DNA from: an uncultured Candidatus Saccharibacteria bacterium | Lineage (GTDB): Bacteria; Patescibacteriota; UBA1384; 2-12-FULL-50-11; DASWYB01 | Assembly: GCA_964372935.1 (NCBI GenBank) | Contig: CAYJRF010000002.1 | Span: 24,330 to 88,329 of the forward strand | Direction of reading: 5' to 3' | DNA length: 64,000 bases | Shown here: piece after piece, positions 12,476 to 22,840 of the stretch | Position numbering within the stretch: the stretch's first letter is position 1 | Layout of the letters: the number at the start of each line of letters is the position of its first letter | The notes under the pieces: model-generated | What the model was told of the DNA's origin: nothing | Seen by the model: only the letters and a program-made list of their open reading frames with translations | Databases searched by the model: none | Program-made: the position numbers and the translations under genes

Positions 12476-15004
12476 ATGGAACCAGCCAAGACCGATAATT
12501 ACTCGACAGGTGACGATCAAATCAAGACCGAGTTTGGATTAATTCAACCTCAGGGATTGGTTCACGAGATGGAAGACTCGTACTTGAGTTACGCCATGTC
12601 GGTGATCGTGGCGCGGGCTCTGCCCGATGTCCGCGATGGGCTCAAACCGGTCCATCGCCGCATCCTTTACGCCATGTGGGAAAGCGGTTTGCGCTCCACG
12701 GCCAAATTCTCCAAGTGCGCCAAGATCGTGGGCGAGGTTATGGGAAAATATCATCCCCACGGCGACATGGCGATTTACGATTCCCTTGTGCGGTTGGCCC
12801 AACCGTGGAATATGCGCAATGTTCTCATCCAAAGTCAAGGTAACTTTGGCTCGGTGGACGGCGACTCCCCGGCGGCCATGCGTTACACCGAATCGAAGCT
12901 TCATCGTCTGGCCGACGAGATGGTGATGGATATCGATAAAGAGACCGTCAGTTTTAGGCCGAATTACGACGGCTCCCAACGCGAACCAACGGTTTTACCG
13001 GCGCGCCTGCCCAATCTTCTCCTCAACGGGGCCCAGGGTATTGCCGTCGGCATGGCCACGAACATACCCACTCACAACCTGGGCGAATTAGTCGACGCCA
13101 TTGTCCATTTGATTAATCATCCCGACACCGATATTGACGGCCTAATGGAGTACATCAAGGGCCCGGATTTTCCGACTGGCGCCGCCGTGTACAACTTAGC
13201 CGACATTAAGCAGGCCTATGCCACTGGCCGAGGGCGAATAATGATGCGCGCCGAAGCGGAAATTGAAGAGAAAAAAAGCGGCCATCGCATTGTTGTCAGC
13301 CAATTGCCGTATCAAGTAAACAAGGCCGGACTGATCGAAAAAATTGCCGACTTGGTGAAAGAGAAACGTCTTGAAGGCATTAGTGATATCCGCGACGAGT
13401 CGGATCGTAAAGCCAACGTTCGGATTGTCGTGGAGCTCAAAGCCAACGCCTATCCGAAAAAAGTTCTCAATCGCCTGTTCGATTTGACACCCATGCAAAC
13501 GGCCTTCCATGTTAATATGCTCGCGCTTAGAGACGGCATTCAGCCGGAAGTTATGAACCTAAAACAGATCCTGACCTATTTTGTGGCCCACCGGCGTGAA
13601 GTCGTGCGTCGCCGCGCCACGCACGAACTGCGGAGAGCGCGGGAGCGGGCCCACGTGCTGGAAGGTTTGCGCATTGCCTTGGAAAATATTGATGCGATCA
13701 TTGCCACTATTCGTGGCTCACGAGATCGTGATGAAGCTCGGACGGAGTTAGTGGCTCGGTTTAAGTTGAGCGACATTCAAGCCAACGCGATTCTCGACAT
13801 GCGTCTGTCGCAACTGGCGGCCCTGGAGCGTCAAAAGATAGAAGATGAGTACGCCGCTGTCTCAACCGAAATAGGCGAGCTGGAAGCGGTTTTAGCCGAT
13901 GAGAACAAAATCCTGACGATTGTCAAAACCGAACTGGCGGAAATAAAGGACAAATTTAGCGATCCGCGCCGGACAAAAGTTCATCCTCGAGCCCTGGACG
14001 ATTTTTCGGCCCTCGATCTGATTCCCGATGAGCCGGTGATCGTTGTTCTGACGCGCGGCAATTACATCAAACGTCTCCCCATCAGCACTTACCACGTCCA
14101 AAATCGCGGCGGTAAGGGTGTTGTCGGCATGACGACCAAGGAAGAAGATGAGATTGATTACATGCTTACCGCTTCAACTCACGACGACGTCTTTTTGTTC
14201 ACCAATACCGGCCGAGTTTTTCAAACCAAGGTTTATGAAATTCCGTCGGCATCGCGCCTCGCCAAAGGCACACCCTTGGTGAACATTGTCCAAATGTCAA
14301 ACAGCGACCGAGTTACCGCCATGATGACGCGTACCCATAACGACACGACTAAGCAATACTTTATTTTCTCAACAAAGCGGGGGCAAATAAAGCGCAGCCT
14401 CATCGCCGCCTACAAATCGGTCCGAAAAAGCGGTATCGTCGCCATGCGCTTAAACAAGGGGGACGAGCTTAAGTGGGTTCAAAGAACTACCGGGAAAGAT
14501 AATATTTTCCAAGCCACGGCTAAGGGGCAAGCCATCTCTTACCTAGAGGAAGAAATTCGGCCAGTTGGTCGAGGCGCTGGCGGTGTCAGAGGTTTGACCC
14601 TTCGCACCAACGACGAGGTTATTGCCATGGATGTTATCGCCGCCGAGATTAAACCCACTCCGGACCTCCTCATCGTCTTGGAAAATGGCTACGGTAAACG
14701 AACCAGTTTTGATCATTTCCGAACCCAGCACCGCGGAGGATTAGGCCTGAAATGCGCCAATGTTACCGACAGAACCGGCGATGTTGTTGGGATTGAAGTT
14801 GTCGCCAACCCGGCCGACGACGCTCTCTTAATCTCCAAACAAGGCGTCGTCATCCGAACGCCCATCGGCGCCATTCGTCGTCTCGGCCGAGACACTCAAG
14901 GAGTAACATTAATGAGGATGGAAGAAGGCGACAGTGTCGCGTCAATGACGGTCCTGCCTCGGGAAGTTGACGAAACCTTAAATCAGGCACCAGACACGGC
15001 CTAG
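12476..15004 (+). CDS. gyrA: DNA gyrase subunit A
   Basis: [28 protein letters not shown] active-site region and the GyrA-box beta-pinwheel repeats. ATG 12476 preferred over TTG 12461. Confidence 0.95.
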   Translation: MEPAKTDNYSTGDDQIKTEFGLIQPQGLVHEMEDSYLSYAMSVIVARALPDVRDGLKPVHRRILYAMWESGLRSTAKFSKCAKIVGEVMGKYHPHGDMAIYDSLVRLAQPWNMRNVLIQSQGNFGSVDGDSPAAMRYTESKLHRLADEMVMDIDKETVSFRPNYDGSQREPTVLPARLPNLLLNGAQGIAVGMATNIPTHNLGELVDAIVHLINHPDTDIDGLMEYIKGPDFPTGAAVYNLADIKQAYATGRGRIMMRAEAEIEEKKSGHRIVVSQLPYQVNKAGLIEKIADLVKEKRLEGISDIRDESDRKANVRIVVELKANAYPKKVLNRLFDLTPMQTAFHVNMLALRDGIQPEVMNLKQILTYFVAHRREVVRRRATHELRRARERAHVLEGLRIALENIDAIIATIRGSRDRDEARTELVARFKLSDIQANAILDMRLSQLAALERQKIEDEYAAVSTEIGELEAVLADENKILTIVKTELAEIKDKFSDPRRTKVHPRALDDFSALDLIPDEPVIVVLTRGNYIKRLPISTYHVQNRGGKGVVGMTTKEEDEIDYMLTASTHDDVFLFTNTGRVFQTKVYEIPSASRLAKGTPLVNIVQMSNSDRVTAMMTRTHNDTTKQYFIFSTKRGQIKRSLIAAYKSVRKSGIVAMRLNKGDELKWVQRTTGKDNIFQATAKGQAISYLEEEIRPVGRGAGGVRGLTLRTNDEVIAMDVIAAEIKPTPDLLIVLENGYGKRTSFDHFRTQHRGGLGLKCANVTDRTGDVVGIEVVANPADDALLISKQGVVIRTPIGAIRRLGRDTQGVTLMRMEEGDSVASMTVLPREVDETLNQAPDTA

Positions 15005-15097
15005 CTCCGCGCCTAAGGCGATTAATCATTCGAATCAGTCCACCGTCGCTGTTATCGAGGTTTGTTTGTCGGGGCGATTACTGGTACAATTGGGTCT

Positions 15098-16978
15098 ATG
15101 GCAAAAGGCCGAAAGCCGTTTATCAGTCGAAAAAGACGCAAAGAAATTGAAGTTGAGCGCACGCGCCGCGAAGCCCTTTTTGTGGCTCAAGAGCGCGATC
15201 GTCAAGATCGGCAGGAGACTGTCGGACAACCAAAAGAAAAACTGCCGGTAAGTTTGCCTGTTTCAACGACAGTTGGCGAATTAGCCAACCTGTTGGGCTT
15301 ACCTGTCGTAAGAGTAATAAGTCAATTGATGCGCAATGGCGTCATGGCCGCGGTGAGCGACTGGCTGGATTACGATACTATGGCGATTGTCGCCGACGAA
15401 TTAGGATTTGTCCCCACGACTTCAACCACCGAGGCGCCATTGAGGGCGAAAGTCGTTCTCGACGATCAAACCGGGCCGAGCGAGACGCGCCCGCCAGTTG
15501 TCGCCATAATGGGTCACGTTGATCATGGCAAAACCAGTTTACTCGACGCTATCCGACAAGCGAGCGTTGCGAGCACTGAACACGGCGGCATCACACAGCA
15601 CATTGGAGCCTACCAGACCACCGTAACGTATGAGGGGAAAGAGCGCGCCGTGACGTTTTTGGACACGCCCGGCCACGAAGCCTTTAGCGCTTTGCGTGCC
15701 CATGGCGCCCAAGTAACGGATATTGTGGTTTTGGTTGTCGCCGCCGACGACGGGGTTAAACCCCAAACCGTCGAGGCAATTGACCACGCCAAGACCGCAA
15801 ACGTGCCGATCATCGTCGCCATGACGAAAGTTGATTTACCGACCAAGAACGTTGATCGAGTGAAACAGCAACTGACAGAACATGGTTTGATTCCCGAGGA
15901 TTGGGGCGGCCAAACGGCCGTTGCCGAAGTTTCGACAGTCGATCGTCAGGGCATTCAAAATCTCCTTGAGTTTATTATTCTGACCGCCGATCTGAAAAAC
16001 TATCGGGCTAATCCCGCGGCTCCGGGTCAGGGGGTCGTTGTTGAGTCGCACCAGGAGATTGGTTTAGGGCCGATGGCGACTCTTTTGGTTCAAAATGGAA
16101 CGTTAAAACTCGGCGATACGGTTGTCATGCCCCAAACCTATGGTCGCGTTCGCATCATGTTTGATTATCAAGGAAAGAGAGTTAGTCAGGCCTCTCCTTC
16201 AACGCCGGTAAAAGTGGCCGGTTTGACTGACATTCCGGAATTTGGCGATGCCTTCGCGGTGGTCGCAAGTGAAAAAGCGGCCCGCGAATTGGTCGGCCAG
16301 ACTGAAGCCGGAGAGAAACGTCGACCGGCGGGCGATATCACCCAAGCGATTGCCGAAGGTCGGGCGAACATTCTGCCGATAGTTCTTAAGGCCGACACCC
16401 AAGGTTCCATTGAAGGACTAAAAACTGCCTTGCGTGATATTGCCGTCCCGGGGGCAAAGTTGGCCATAATCTCTCATGGAGTGGGTGACATTACTCTTAA
16501 CGACGTTCAGCTGGCGGTAGCGGCTCGCGGCGTGATATTTGGTTTTCATGTCAGCGCGCCGCCAGCGGTCAAAAAAGTCGCCGCCACCGAAGGGGTATTG
16601 ATAGCGACTTTTCTGATTATCTATGACTTGGTTGGCAAAATTGAGCTGATCCTCAAGGGTCGTGTCAAGCGCTCTATCGTGATGGTCGAGCAAGGCCGGG
16701 TCAAGATTAAAAAAATCTTTCGAACAACCCATGACGATCAAATCGTCGGAGGCGAGATCGCCCAGGGCGTCGTGACGGTCAACGCCGAGGCAACAATCAT
16801 GCGCGAGGCCACAGAGGTCGGCAAAGGGAAGATCACCCGCCTTCAAAAGGGACCGGAATCGCTTCAAGAGCTCGAGGCGATTCAAGATTGTGGTCTTTCG
16901 GTCCGAACCGGAACAAAAATTCTGGCCGGCGATGTGATTATCGTCTCGGTCGAAGAAGAGGTTGTCGCCGGTATCTAG
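15098..16978 (+). CDS. infB: Translation initiation factor IF-2
   Basis: G domain [23 protein letters not shown] and NKVD-like TKVD. Confidence 0.9.
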   Translation: MAKGRKPFISRKRRKEIEVERTRREALFVAQERDRQDRQETVGQPKEKLPVSLPVSTTVGELANLLGLPVVRVISQLMRNGVMAAVSDWLDYDTMAIVADELGFVPTTSTTEAPLRAKVVLDDQTGPSETRPPVVAIMGHVDHGKTSLLDAIRQASVASTEHGGITQHIGAYQTTVTYEGKERAVTFLDTPGHEAFSALRAHGAQVTDIVVLVVAADDGVKPQTVEAIDHAKTANVPIIVAMTKVDLPTKNVDRVKQQLTEHGLIPEDWGGQTAVAEVSTVDRQGIQNLLEFIILTADLKNYRANPAAPGQGVVVESHQEIGLGPMATLLVQNGTLKLGDTVVMPQTYGRVRIMFDYQGKRVSQASPSTPVKVAGLTDIPEFGDAFAVVASEKAARELVGQTEAGEKRRPAGDITQAIAEGRANILPIVLKADTQGSIEGLKTALRDIAVPGAKLAIISHGVGDITLNDVQLAVAARGVIFGFHVSAPPAVKKVAATEGVLIATFLIIYDLVGKIELILKGRVKRSIVMVEQGRVKIKKIFRTTHDDQIVGGEIAQGVVTVNAEATIMREATEVGKGKITRLQKGPESLQELEAIQDCGLSVRTGTKILAGDVIIVSVEEEVVAGI

Positions 16979-17019
16979 GGAGGGTTGACACGCCAGCGGG
17001 TAAGGCTTAAGGTGTCCCC

Positions 17020-18096
17020 ATGCGCCTCCACGGCAAACGCTGGTTGGATTTGGTGCGGTATGTTCGCTGGGTGGCTCGCCAATTACGGGCCGCACCAAGA
17101 CATCGCCATCAGCTCGGACGTTGGTATGAGGTTAATCGAGAGTACCTTCGTGTCCATCAGACACTGGTGATTTTGACCCTATTTATTGTCGGGAACAACG
17201 TTTTGGTTGTTCGGGCCGAGTCCTCGGTGCCTCACCTACCGACAGACGTGATCGTCAGCGATCCGTACGTTATCGCCGACACCGTGCGCCTAATCGACGC
17301 CTATACCCCCAATATTGACGAAGATCCCGACGCTATCGCTCAAAATCTTGAAGCGCGCGTCAACGGAGAGTTTATTTCGACCAACCCTTTAATTGCGACT
17401 TTGCCCGAGCAGACCGACGAGCCCACGCCAGCGCCTGTGTCTCCGGCAACGTCGCCAACTGAAACGGCACCCCGTGAGCATGATGTTAAGTACATCGTCC
17501 GGATCGGCGATACGATCGGCGGCATTGGGACAAAATTTAGCTTAAAAATCGTTACGATCGAAATTAAGAACAACTTGAGCGATGTTGACGCTATTAAACC
17601 CGGGCAAGAGTTAATTATTCCCGCGGCCGATTTGTCCGCCAAAGCGATCGCTGCCGCCGCTAATCGCGCGCGGGCGAGCGCCGAGTTGGCGAATCGGAAG
17701 TCAACCGTTGGCAAAGTTACCTCGGCCAGCGCTAGTGGCGGTTACGGCCTGATTGTCCCCATCAAACACAACGGGATTAGTCGCGGGTTGGTTGGTGGTC
17801 ACACCGGGATTGATTATCGGGCCGATGTTGACGCAGCGGTGGTGGCGGCGGCTGATGGCGTGGTGGTGGAAGCTGATTCATCTGGTTGGAACGGCGGCTA
17901 CGGCAAAACAATTTTGATTTCACACGGGGAGAACAAAATTACCCGTTACGGTCATTTGGATCGCGTTTTAGTCAGCGCGGGACAACGTGTCGGTGGGGGT
18001 GATCTCATTGGCTACTCCGGCAACACCGGTCGCTCGACCGGACCGCATCTCCATTTTGAGCTTCGCGTTAATGGTCGTCCGGTCAATCCGTTTTAA
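17020..18096 (+). CDS. LysM-domain M23 (LytM-type) metallo-endopeptidase
   Basis: LysM (YIVRIGDTIGGIGTKF...IKPGQELIIP) and M23 motifs (HTGIDY, GNTGRSTGPHLHFE). N-terminal TM. Confidence 0.8.
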   Translation: MRLHGKRWLDLVRYVRWVARQLRAAPRHRHQLGRWYEVNREYLRVHQTLVILTLFIVGNNVLVVRAESSVPHLPTDVIVSDPYVIADTVRLIDAYTPNIDEDPDAIAQNLEARVNGEFISTNPLIATLPEQTDEPTPAPVSPATSPTETAPREHDVKYIVRIGDTIGGIGTKFSLKIVTIEIKNNLSDVDAIKPGQELIIPAADLSAKAIAAAANRARASAELANRKSTVGKVTSASASGGYGLIVPIKHNGISRGLVGGHTGIDYRADVDAAVVAAADGVVVEADSSGWNGGYGKTILISHGENKITRYGHLDRVLVSAGQRVGGGDLIGYSGNTGRSTGPHLHFELRVNGRPVNPF

Positions 18097-18201
18097 CGAG
18101 AGGCTTTTCTCGGCTAACAATCAAGCGATTCGCTTCTGACGGCGACCGATCCCTGTCGTCATTGTCTGGTTTAACGACAGGTGGTGATATATAATTCGAT
18201 T

Positions 18202-19266
18202 ATGTTCTACGATGAAATCGAGCTGGCGTTAAAATCGGGCAAGGGCGGTAACGGCGCGGTGTCGTTTCGGCGCGAAAAATATGTCCCCAAAGGGGGACCG
18301 GACGGCGGCGACGGCGGCGACGGCGGTCGAGTGGTAATAGTCGGCGAACCCCAGCTGACCGATTTAAGCCACTTGGCCTCGGCGCGGGAACTGCGCGCCG
18401 AAGACGGCCAGCCGGGAAGCAGTAAAAAAATGGACGGCCGACGCGGGTCGGATCTAAAAATAACCGTGCCATTGGGTACGATAATTTACCGCCATGGGGA
18501 TTCGTGGCGGCGTTTAACCGAGATCATCGCCCCCGGCCAGGCGTTTGTCTGTCTGAAAGGGGGACAAGGCGGGCAAGGCAATGTTCACTTCGCCACTCCC
18601 TCACATCAATATCCAAAATACGCCCAGCCCGGCTCTTCGGGCTCTCGAGCCGAATTTAAGTTGGAACTTCGTTTAATCGCCGATGTCGGAATTATCGGTT
18701 TGCCGAACGCCGGTAAATCAACTTTGATCAGCGTCATCAGTCAGGCTAAGCCGCGGATTGCCGATTATCCGTTTACCACGCTAAGTCCCGTTCTGGGCAC
18801 CGCCGAGATCGACCATCATCGTCTGATATTTGCCGACATCCCGGGACTTATCGTTGGTTCTTCCCTTGGCAAAGGGCTCGGAGATCGTTTTTTACGTCAT
18901 ATTCAGCGCACGCGGGTGCTACTCCATTTAATTGACTCCCTAGAACCGGATTATGTTCGATCGTACCTTACTGTGCGTTCGGAACTTGAGCAATTTGATG
19001 CTAAGTTAACTGTTAAACCGGAGCTAGTCTGCCTGACGAAAATCGATCTCCTGCCAGCCGACGGTCGGCCAGAGGTCGAGCGTCGGTTAACGGCGCTCAA
19101 AGGGGTGATAAAATCACCACCCAGCAAGCTCTTTCGCCCTACCGCCATATCGGCGGTCTTGGGCACGCGCGTCCAGGAGCTACTGCGAGCCACCGCCAAT
19201 TTGGCTTTCGCTCTACCGGAGAGTGAGCTTGCGCGATCAAAGGCGGTTCCGGACAATTCCGGGTGA
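18202..19266 (+). CDS. obg: GTPase Obg/CgtA
   Basis: MFYDEIELALKSGKGGNGAVSFRREKYVPKGGPDGGDGGDGG followed by a G domain (GLPNAGKST). Confidence 0.9.
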   Translation: MFYDEIELALKSGKGGNGAVSFRREKYVPKGGPDGGDGGDGGRVVIVGEPQLTDLSHLASARELRAEDGQPGSSKKMDGRRGSDLKITVPLGTIIYRHGDSWRRLTEIIAPGQAFVCLKGGQGGQGNVHFATPSHQYPKYAQPGSSGSRAEFKLELRLIADVGIIGLPNAGKSTLISVISQAKPRIADYPFTTLSPVLGTAEIDHHRLIFADIPGLIVGSSLGKGLGDRFLRHIQRTRVLLHLIDSLEPDYVRSYLTVRSELEQFDAKLTVKPELVCLTKIDLLPADGRPEVERRLTALKGVIKSPPSKLFRPTAISAVLGTRVQELLRATANLAFALPESELARSKAVPDNSG

Positions 19267-19268
19267 TG

Positions 19269-19297
19269 TTGACAAGAGAGAATTTCTCTGTTACTAT
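19269..19297 (+). promoter_or_regulatory. Candidate sigma70-type promoter for rpoBC: TTGACA-17-TACTAT, with a perfect 6-bp inverted repeat in the spacer
   Basis: TTGACA 19269-19274, 17-nt spacer, TACTAT 19292-19297. AGAGAAtTTCTCT palindrome at 19277-19289. A ~200 nt leader runs to the rpoB SD AAAGGAG. Confidence 0.45.
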
Positions 19298-19495
19298 TTA
19301 GTCACAATCTCTAATCGGGAAATAAGGCGGCGTGAGTTTTCAACCACCATCAATCGCATAGGGGCGAGATGCAATCTCCAATTGTTTGGGGGTTGTTGCG
19401 TTGTGTCCGTCTTATCCGGTCAGTCGGTTAGACATCGGTGTTCGCCTAAATTTCTTTTTGTCAGTTCGATTAACTCGCCAAATTAAAGGAGAGTC

Positions 19496-22400
19496 ATGAT
19501 TGAGCGCAAGTATTTTACCGCGTTTCCGCCGACAGTCCCCTTGCCACCGTTAACCGAGATTCAAACCCGATCTTGGCAATGGTTGTTTCGAGAAGGTATT
19601 AAGGAGTTGTTTGACGAAATCGGCCCGATCCACGACTTTACCGGAAAAAGTCTTGAGTTGGAGTTTACTTCTTACAGTCTCGCCGAGCCGAAATGGAGCG
19701 AAGAGGAGGCCGTAGCCCGAAATTTGACCTACAAGGCTTCGCTCAAGGCTCATGTGCGTCTTCGCAACAAGATAAACCAAAGCGTTAAGGAAACGGAAGT
19801 ATTTTTAGGCGATTTCCCCCTTCAGACCCGTCGCGGAACATTCATAATCAACGGCGTGGAGCGGGTTGTTATTTCTCAGATTATTCGCTCGAACGGCGTA
19901 TTATTTATGGCGGAAGAAACCGCCGGACGGAAACTTTTTGGGGCAAAAATAATTCCCAACCGCGGCGCTTGGTTGGAATTCGAGACATCGAGCCGAGACA
20001 TTATTTCAGTCAAAATAGACCGAAAACGCAAAATCCCCGCGACATCGTTTTTGCGCTCTCTTGGCATGGAGACCGATGTTATCCGCGCCACTTTCGCCGA
20101 AGTAGATACCAACCCGGAACATAAGTATCTCGACGCGACCTTTGCTCGTGACCAGTCGCGCACGCGGGAAGAAGCAATGATTGAAGTTTACAAGCGGATT
20201 CGTCCCGGCGACTTGGCGACAGCCGATACGGCCCGGACTTTTGTGGAAAATTTATTTCTAAACGCTAAACGTTACAGTCTCGGCAAGGTCGGTCGCTATA
20301 AAATGAACCAGCGCCTCGATTTGGATATTGCCAACACTCAAGAAAACCAAGTTTTACGCCTCGAGGATGTTGTGGCGGTGATCAAAGAAATTATTCGGCT
20401 CAATAATCTTGTAGGGGCCGAGGAAGATGATGTTGATCATCTTAAAAATCGCCGCGTTAGAGCCGTGGGCGAGCTTATTCAGTCTCGGTTGCGCATTGGT
20501 TTTTCGCGAGTTGAACGGATTGCCAAGGATCGAATGTCGGTCCTTGAAACAGAGGAAATTACGCCGTCGCAGTTAATTAATTCCCGACCGATTGCCGCCG
20601 TATTGCAGGAATTTTTCGCTTCTAGCCAGTTGTCGCAATTCATGACCCAGACTAATCCTCTGGCGGAAATTGAGCATATGCGTTGCATTACCGCCACCGG
20701 TCCCGGGGGCCTGGCGCGCGAGCGCGCCGGGTTCGACGTCCGAGACGTTCACCCGTCGCATTATGGGCGAATTTGCCCGATTGAAACGCCCGAAGGACCC
20801 AATATCGGGCTGGTGAGTTATCTTTCGACCTACGCCCGCGTTAACGAATTCGGATTTATCGAAACTCCTTATCGTAAAGTTCACCAGAGACCCAACAAAC
20901 CGCCGGTGGTGACCGAAGAGGTGGTTTATCTGTCGGCCGGCGAGGAAGAAAAATATATCATCGCTCCAGCTTCCAGCCCGATTAATGACAAGGGAGAACT
21001 CGTGGGAGATTCGATTATTGTGCGAAAATTTGGCGAGCCAGATTACGAAAAAATTTCTCGGGTCAACTTTATTGACATTTCGGCTCGTCAGACGGTGTCG
21101 ATTTCGACGGCGTTAATTCCATTCGTCGAACACGACGACGCGGTTCGATCCAACATGGGTTCCAATATGGAAAAGCAGGCCGTCCCGCTGATCTGTCCCC
21201 AAACGCCGATTATCGGTACTGGCATGGAGGACGCGATTCAACAGACCGGTCATTTGCTCACGGCAACGGCTGCCGGCACGGTGGTGAAAGTTGATGGGGC
21301 GAAGATTCAGATTGAAGAAATCGGGGGCGAGAAACACGTATACAAGCTGCAAAATTTTGTCCGTTCCAATCAGGCAACCTGTATCCATCATCGGCCGGCG
21401 GTAGCGATTGGAGAACGGGTAAAAAAAGGTCAAGTCTTGGCGGATTCTTACGCGACCGAAGCCGGCCAGTTGGCTCTGGGCCGTAATGTCTTGGTCGCCT
21501 TCATGAGTTATGGCGGATATAATTACGAAGACGCGATCATTGTGTCGGAGCGTTTGGTGCGCACCGACGCATTTACTTCCATCCACATCGAAAAATATTC
21601 CATTGAATTTCGTGAAACAAAGCTTGGTCCGGAATTGCTGACGCGCGATATTCCCAATGTTGGCGAAGAAGCTCTTAGCAATCTAGACGATCGAGGAATT
21701 ATTCGCATCGGCGCCGAAGTTAGCGCCGGCGATATCCTGGTTGGCCGAATTACGCCAAAAGGCGAAACCGAGCTTTCCGCCGAGGAAAAACTCCTCCGAG
21801 CCATTTTTGGCGATAAGGCCAAAGACGTGAAAGACACCGGACTGCGTTTGCCTCACGGCGAGCGGGGAAAAATCGTCGAGGTAAAAGTGTTCACGAAAGA
21901 CGCTGGCGACGAGTTGCCGGCCAGTGTCTATCAGTCCGTGGAAATCGCCGTCGCCCAGACGCGCAAGCTTTCGGTGGGCGATAAGTTGGCGGGGCGTCAT
22001 GGTAACAAGGGAGTAATTTCGGTTATTTTACCCGAAGAAGACATGCCCTATTTGGTTGACGGGCGGACAGTCGACATCATACTCAATCCACTGGGGGTAA
22101 TCTCCCGAATGAATTTGGGACAGATTCTCGAGACTCATTTGGGCTGGGCGGCGGAGAAGCTCGGGTACTATGTGGCCAGTCCGGTGTTTGACGGCGTCAG
22201 TTACGAACTCATCACCCAGGAATTGGCAAAAGCCGGTCTTCCCACCAACGGAAAAATTCAACTCTACGACGGCAAAACCGGTGAGACGTTCGACCAGAAA
22301 ACTACCGTGGGGGTCAACTACATCATGAAGCTAATCCATTTAGTCGACGACAAAATGCACGCTCGTTCAATCGGGCCATACTCGATGGTGACCCAGCAAC

Positions 22401-22840
22401 CCTTGGGCGGCAAGGCCCAGTTTGGCGGTCAGCGCTTCGGCGAGATGGAGGTTTGGGCCCTGGAGGGTTATGGCGCGGCGCATACTCTCCAAGAAATGCT
22501 CACCATTAAGTCCGACGACGTTGTTGGACGGGCGCGCGCTTACGAAGCGATTATCAAAGGTGAGGAAATTCAAAAACCGTCGATTCCAGCTTCGTTCTAT
22601 GTTCTAGTGCGAGAACTTCAGAGTCTTGGATTGAACATTGATCTCATTGGCGCCGATGGGAGCGTCACAGCGCCCCAAGAAGTCATCGCCGAGGAACCCA
22701 AGACCAAGTTGCTAAGCGAGGACACCGACGAACGAGAGATTGAGTCCGTAAATGACCAAGCGGTGGCGACGCGAAGCGACAGCCAAGCGCCAGTTGAGAA
22801 GCCTACCGGCGAACCGTTAATCGTGAGGAAGGAGAGCTGA
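19496..22840 (+). CDS. rpoB: DNA-directed RNA polymerase beta subunit
   Basis: 1114 aa with conserved beta motifs. Confidence 0.97.
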   Translation: MIERKYFTAFPPTVPLPPLTEIQTRSWQWLFREGIKELFDEIGPIHDFTGKSLELEFTSYSLAEPKWSEEEAVARNLTYKASLKAHVRLRNKINQSVKETEVFLGDFPLQTRRGTFIINGVERVVISQIIRSNGVLFMAEETAGRKLFGAKIIPNRGAWLEFETSSRDIISVKIDRKRKIPATSFLRSLGMETDVIRATFAEVDTNPEHKYLDATFARDQSRTREEAMIEVYKRIRPGDLATADTARTFVENLFLNAKRYSLGKVGRYKMNQRLDLDIANTQENQVLRLEDVVAVIKEIIRLNNLVGAEEDDVDHLKNRRVRAVGELIQSRLRIGFSRVERIAKDRMSVLETEEITPSQLINSRPIAAVLQEFFASSQLSQFMTQTNPLAEIEHMRCITATGPGGLARERAGFDVRDVHPSHYGRICPIETPEGPNIGLVSYLSTYARVNEFGFIETPYRKVHQRPNKPPVVTEEVVYLSAGEEEKYIIAPASSPINDKGELVGDSIIVRKFGEPDYEKISRVNFIDISARQTVSISTALIPFVEHDDAVRSNMGSNMEKQAVPLICPQTPIIGTGMEDAIQQTGHLLTATAAGTVVKVDGAKIQIEEIGGEKHVYKLQNFVRSNQATCIHHRPAVAIGERVKKGQVLADSYATEAGQLALGRNVLVAFMSYGGYNYEDAIIVSERLVRTDAFTSIHIEKYSIEFRETKLGPELLTRDIPNVGEEALSNLDDRGIIRIGAEVSAGDILVGRITPKGETELSAEEKLLRAIFGDKAKDVKDTGLRLPHGERGKIVEVKVFTKDAGDELPASVYQSVEIAVAQTRKLSVGDKLAGRHGNKGVISVILPEEDMPYLVDGRTVDIILNPLGVISRMNLGQILETHLGWAAEKLGYYVASPVFDGVSYELITQELAKAGLPTNGKIQLYDGKTGETFDQKTTVGVNYIMKLIHLVDDKMHARSIGPYSMVTQQPLGGKAQFGGQRFGEMEVWALEGYGAAHTLQEMLTIKSDDVVGRARAYEAIIKGEEIQKPSIPASFYVLVRELQSLGLNIDLIGADGSVTAPQEVIAEEPKTKLLSEDTDEREIESVNDQAVATRSDSQAPVEKPTGEPLIVRKES

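Noticed and set aside
18300-18335. Tandem GGCGGCGAC repeats
   Set aside because: These are in-frame Gly-Asp codons of the Obg GGPDGGDGGDGG loop, not a CRISPR or microsatellite.
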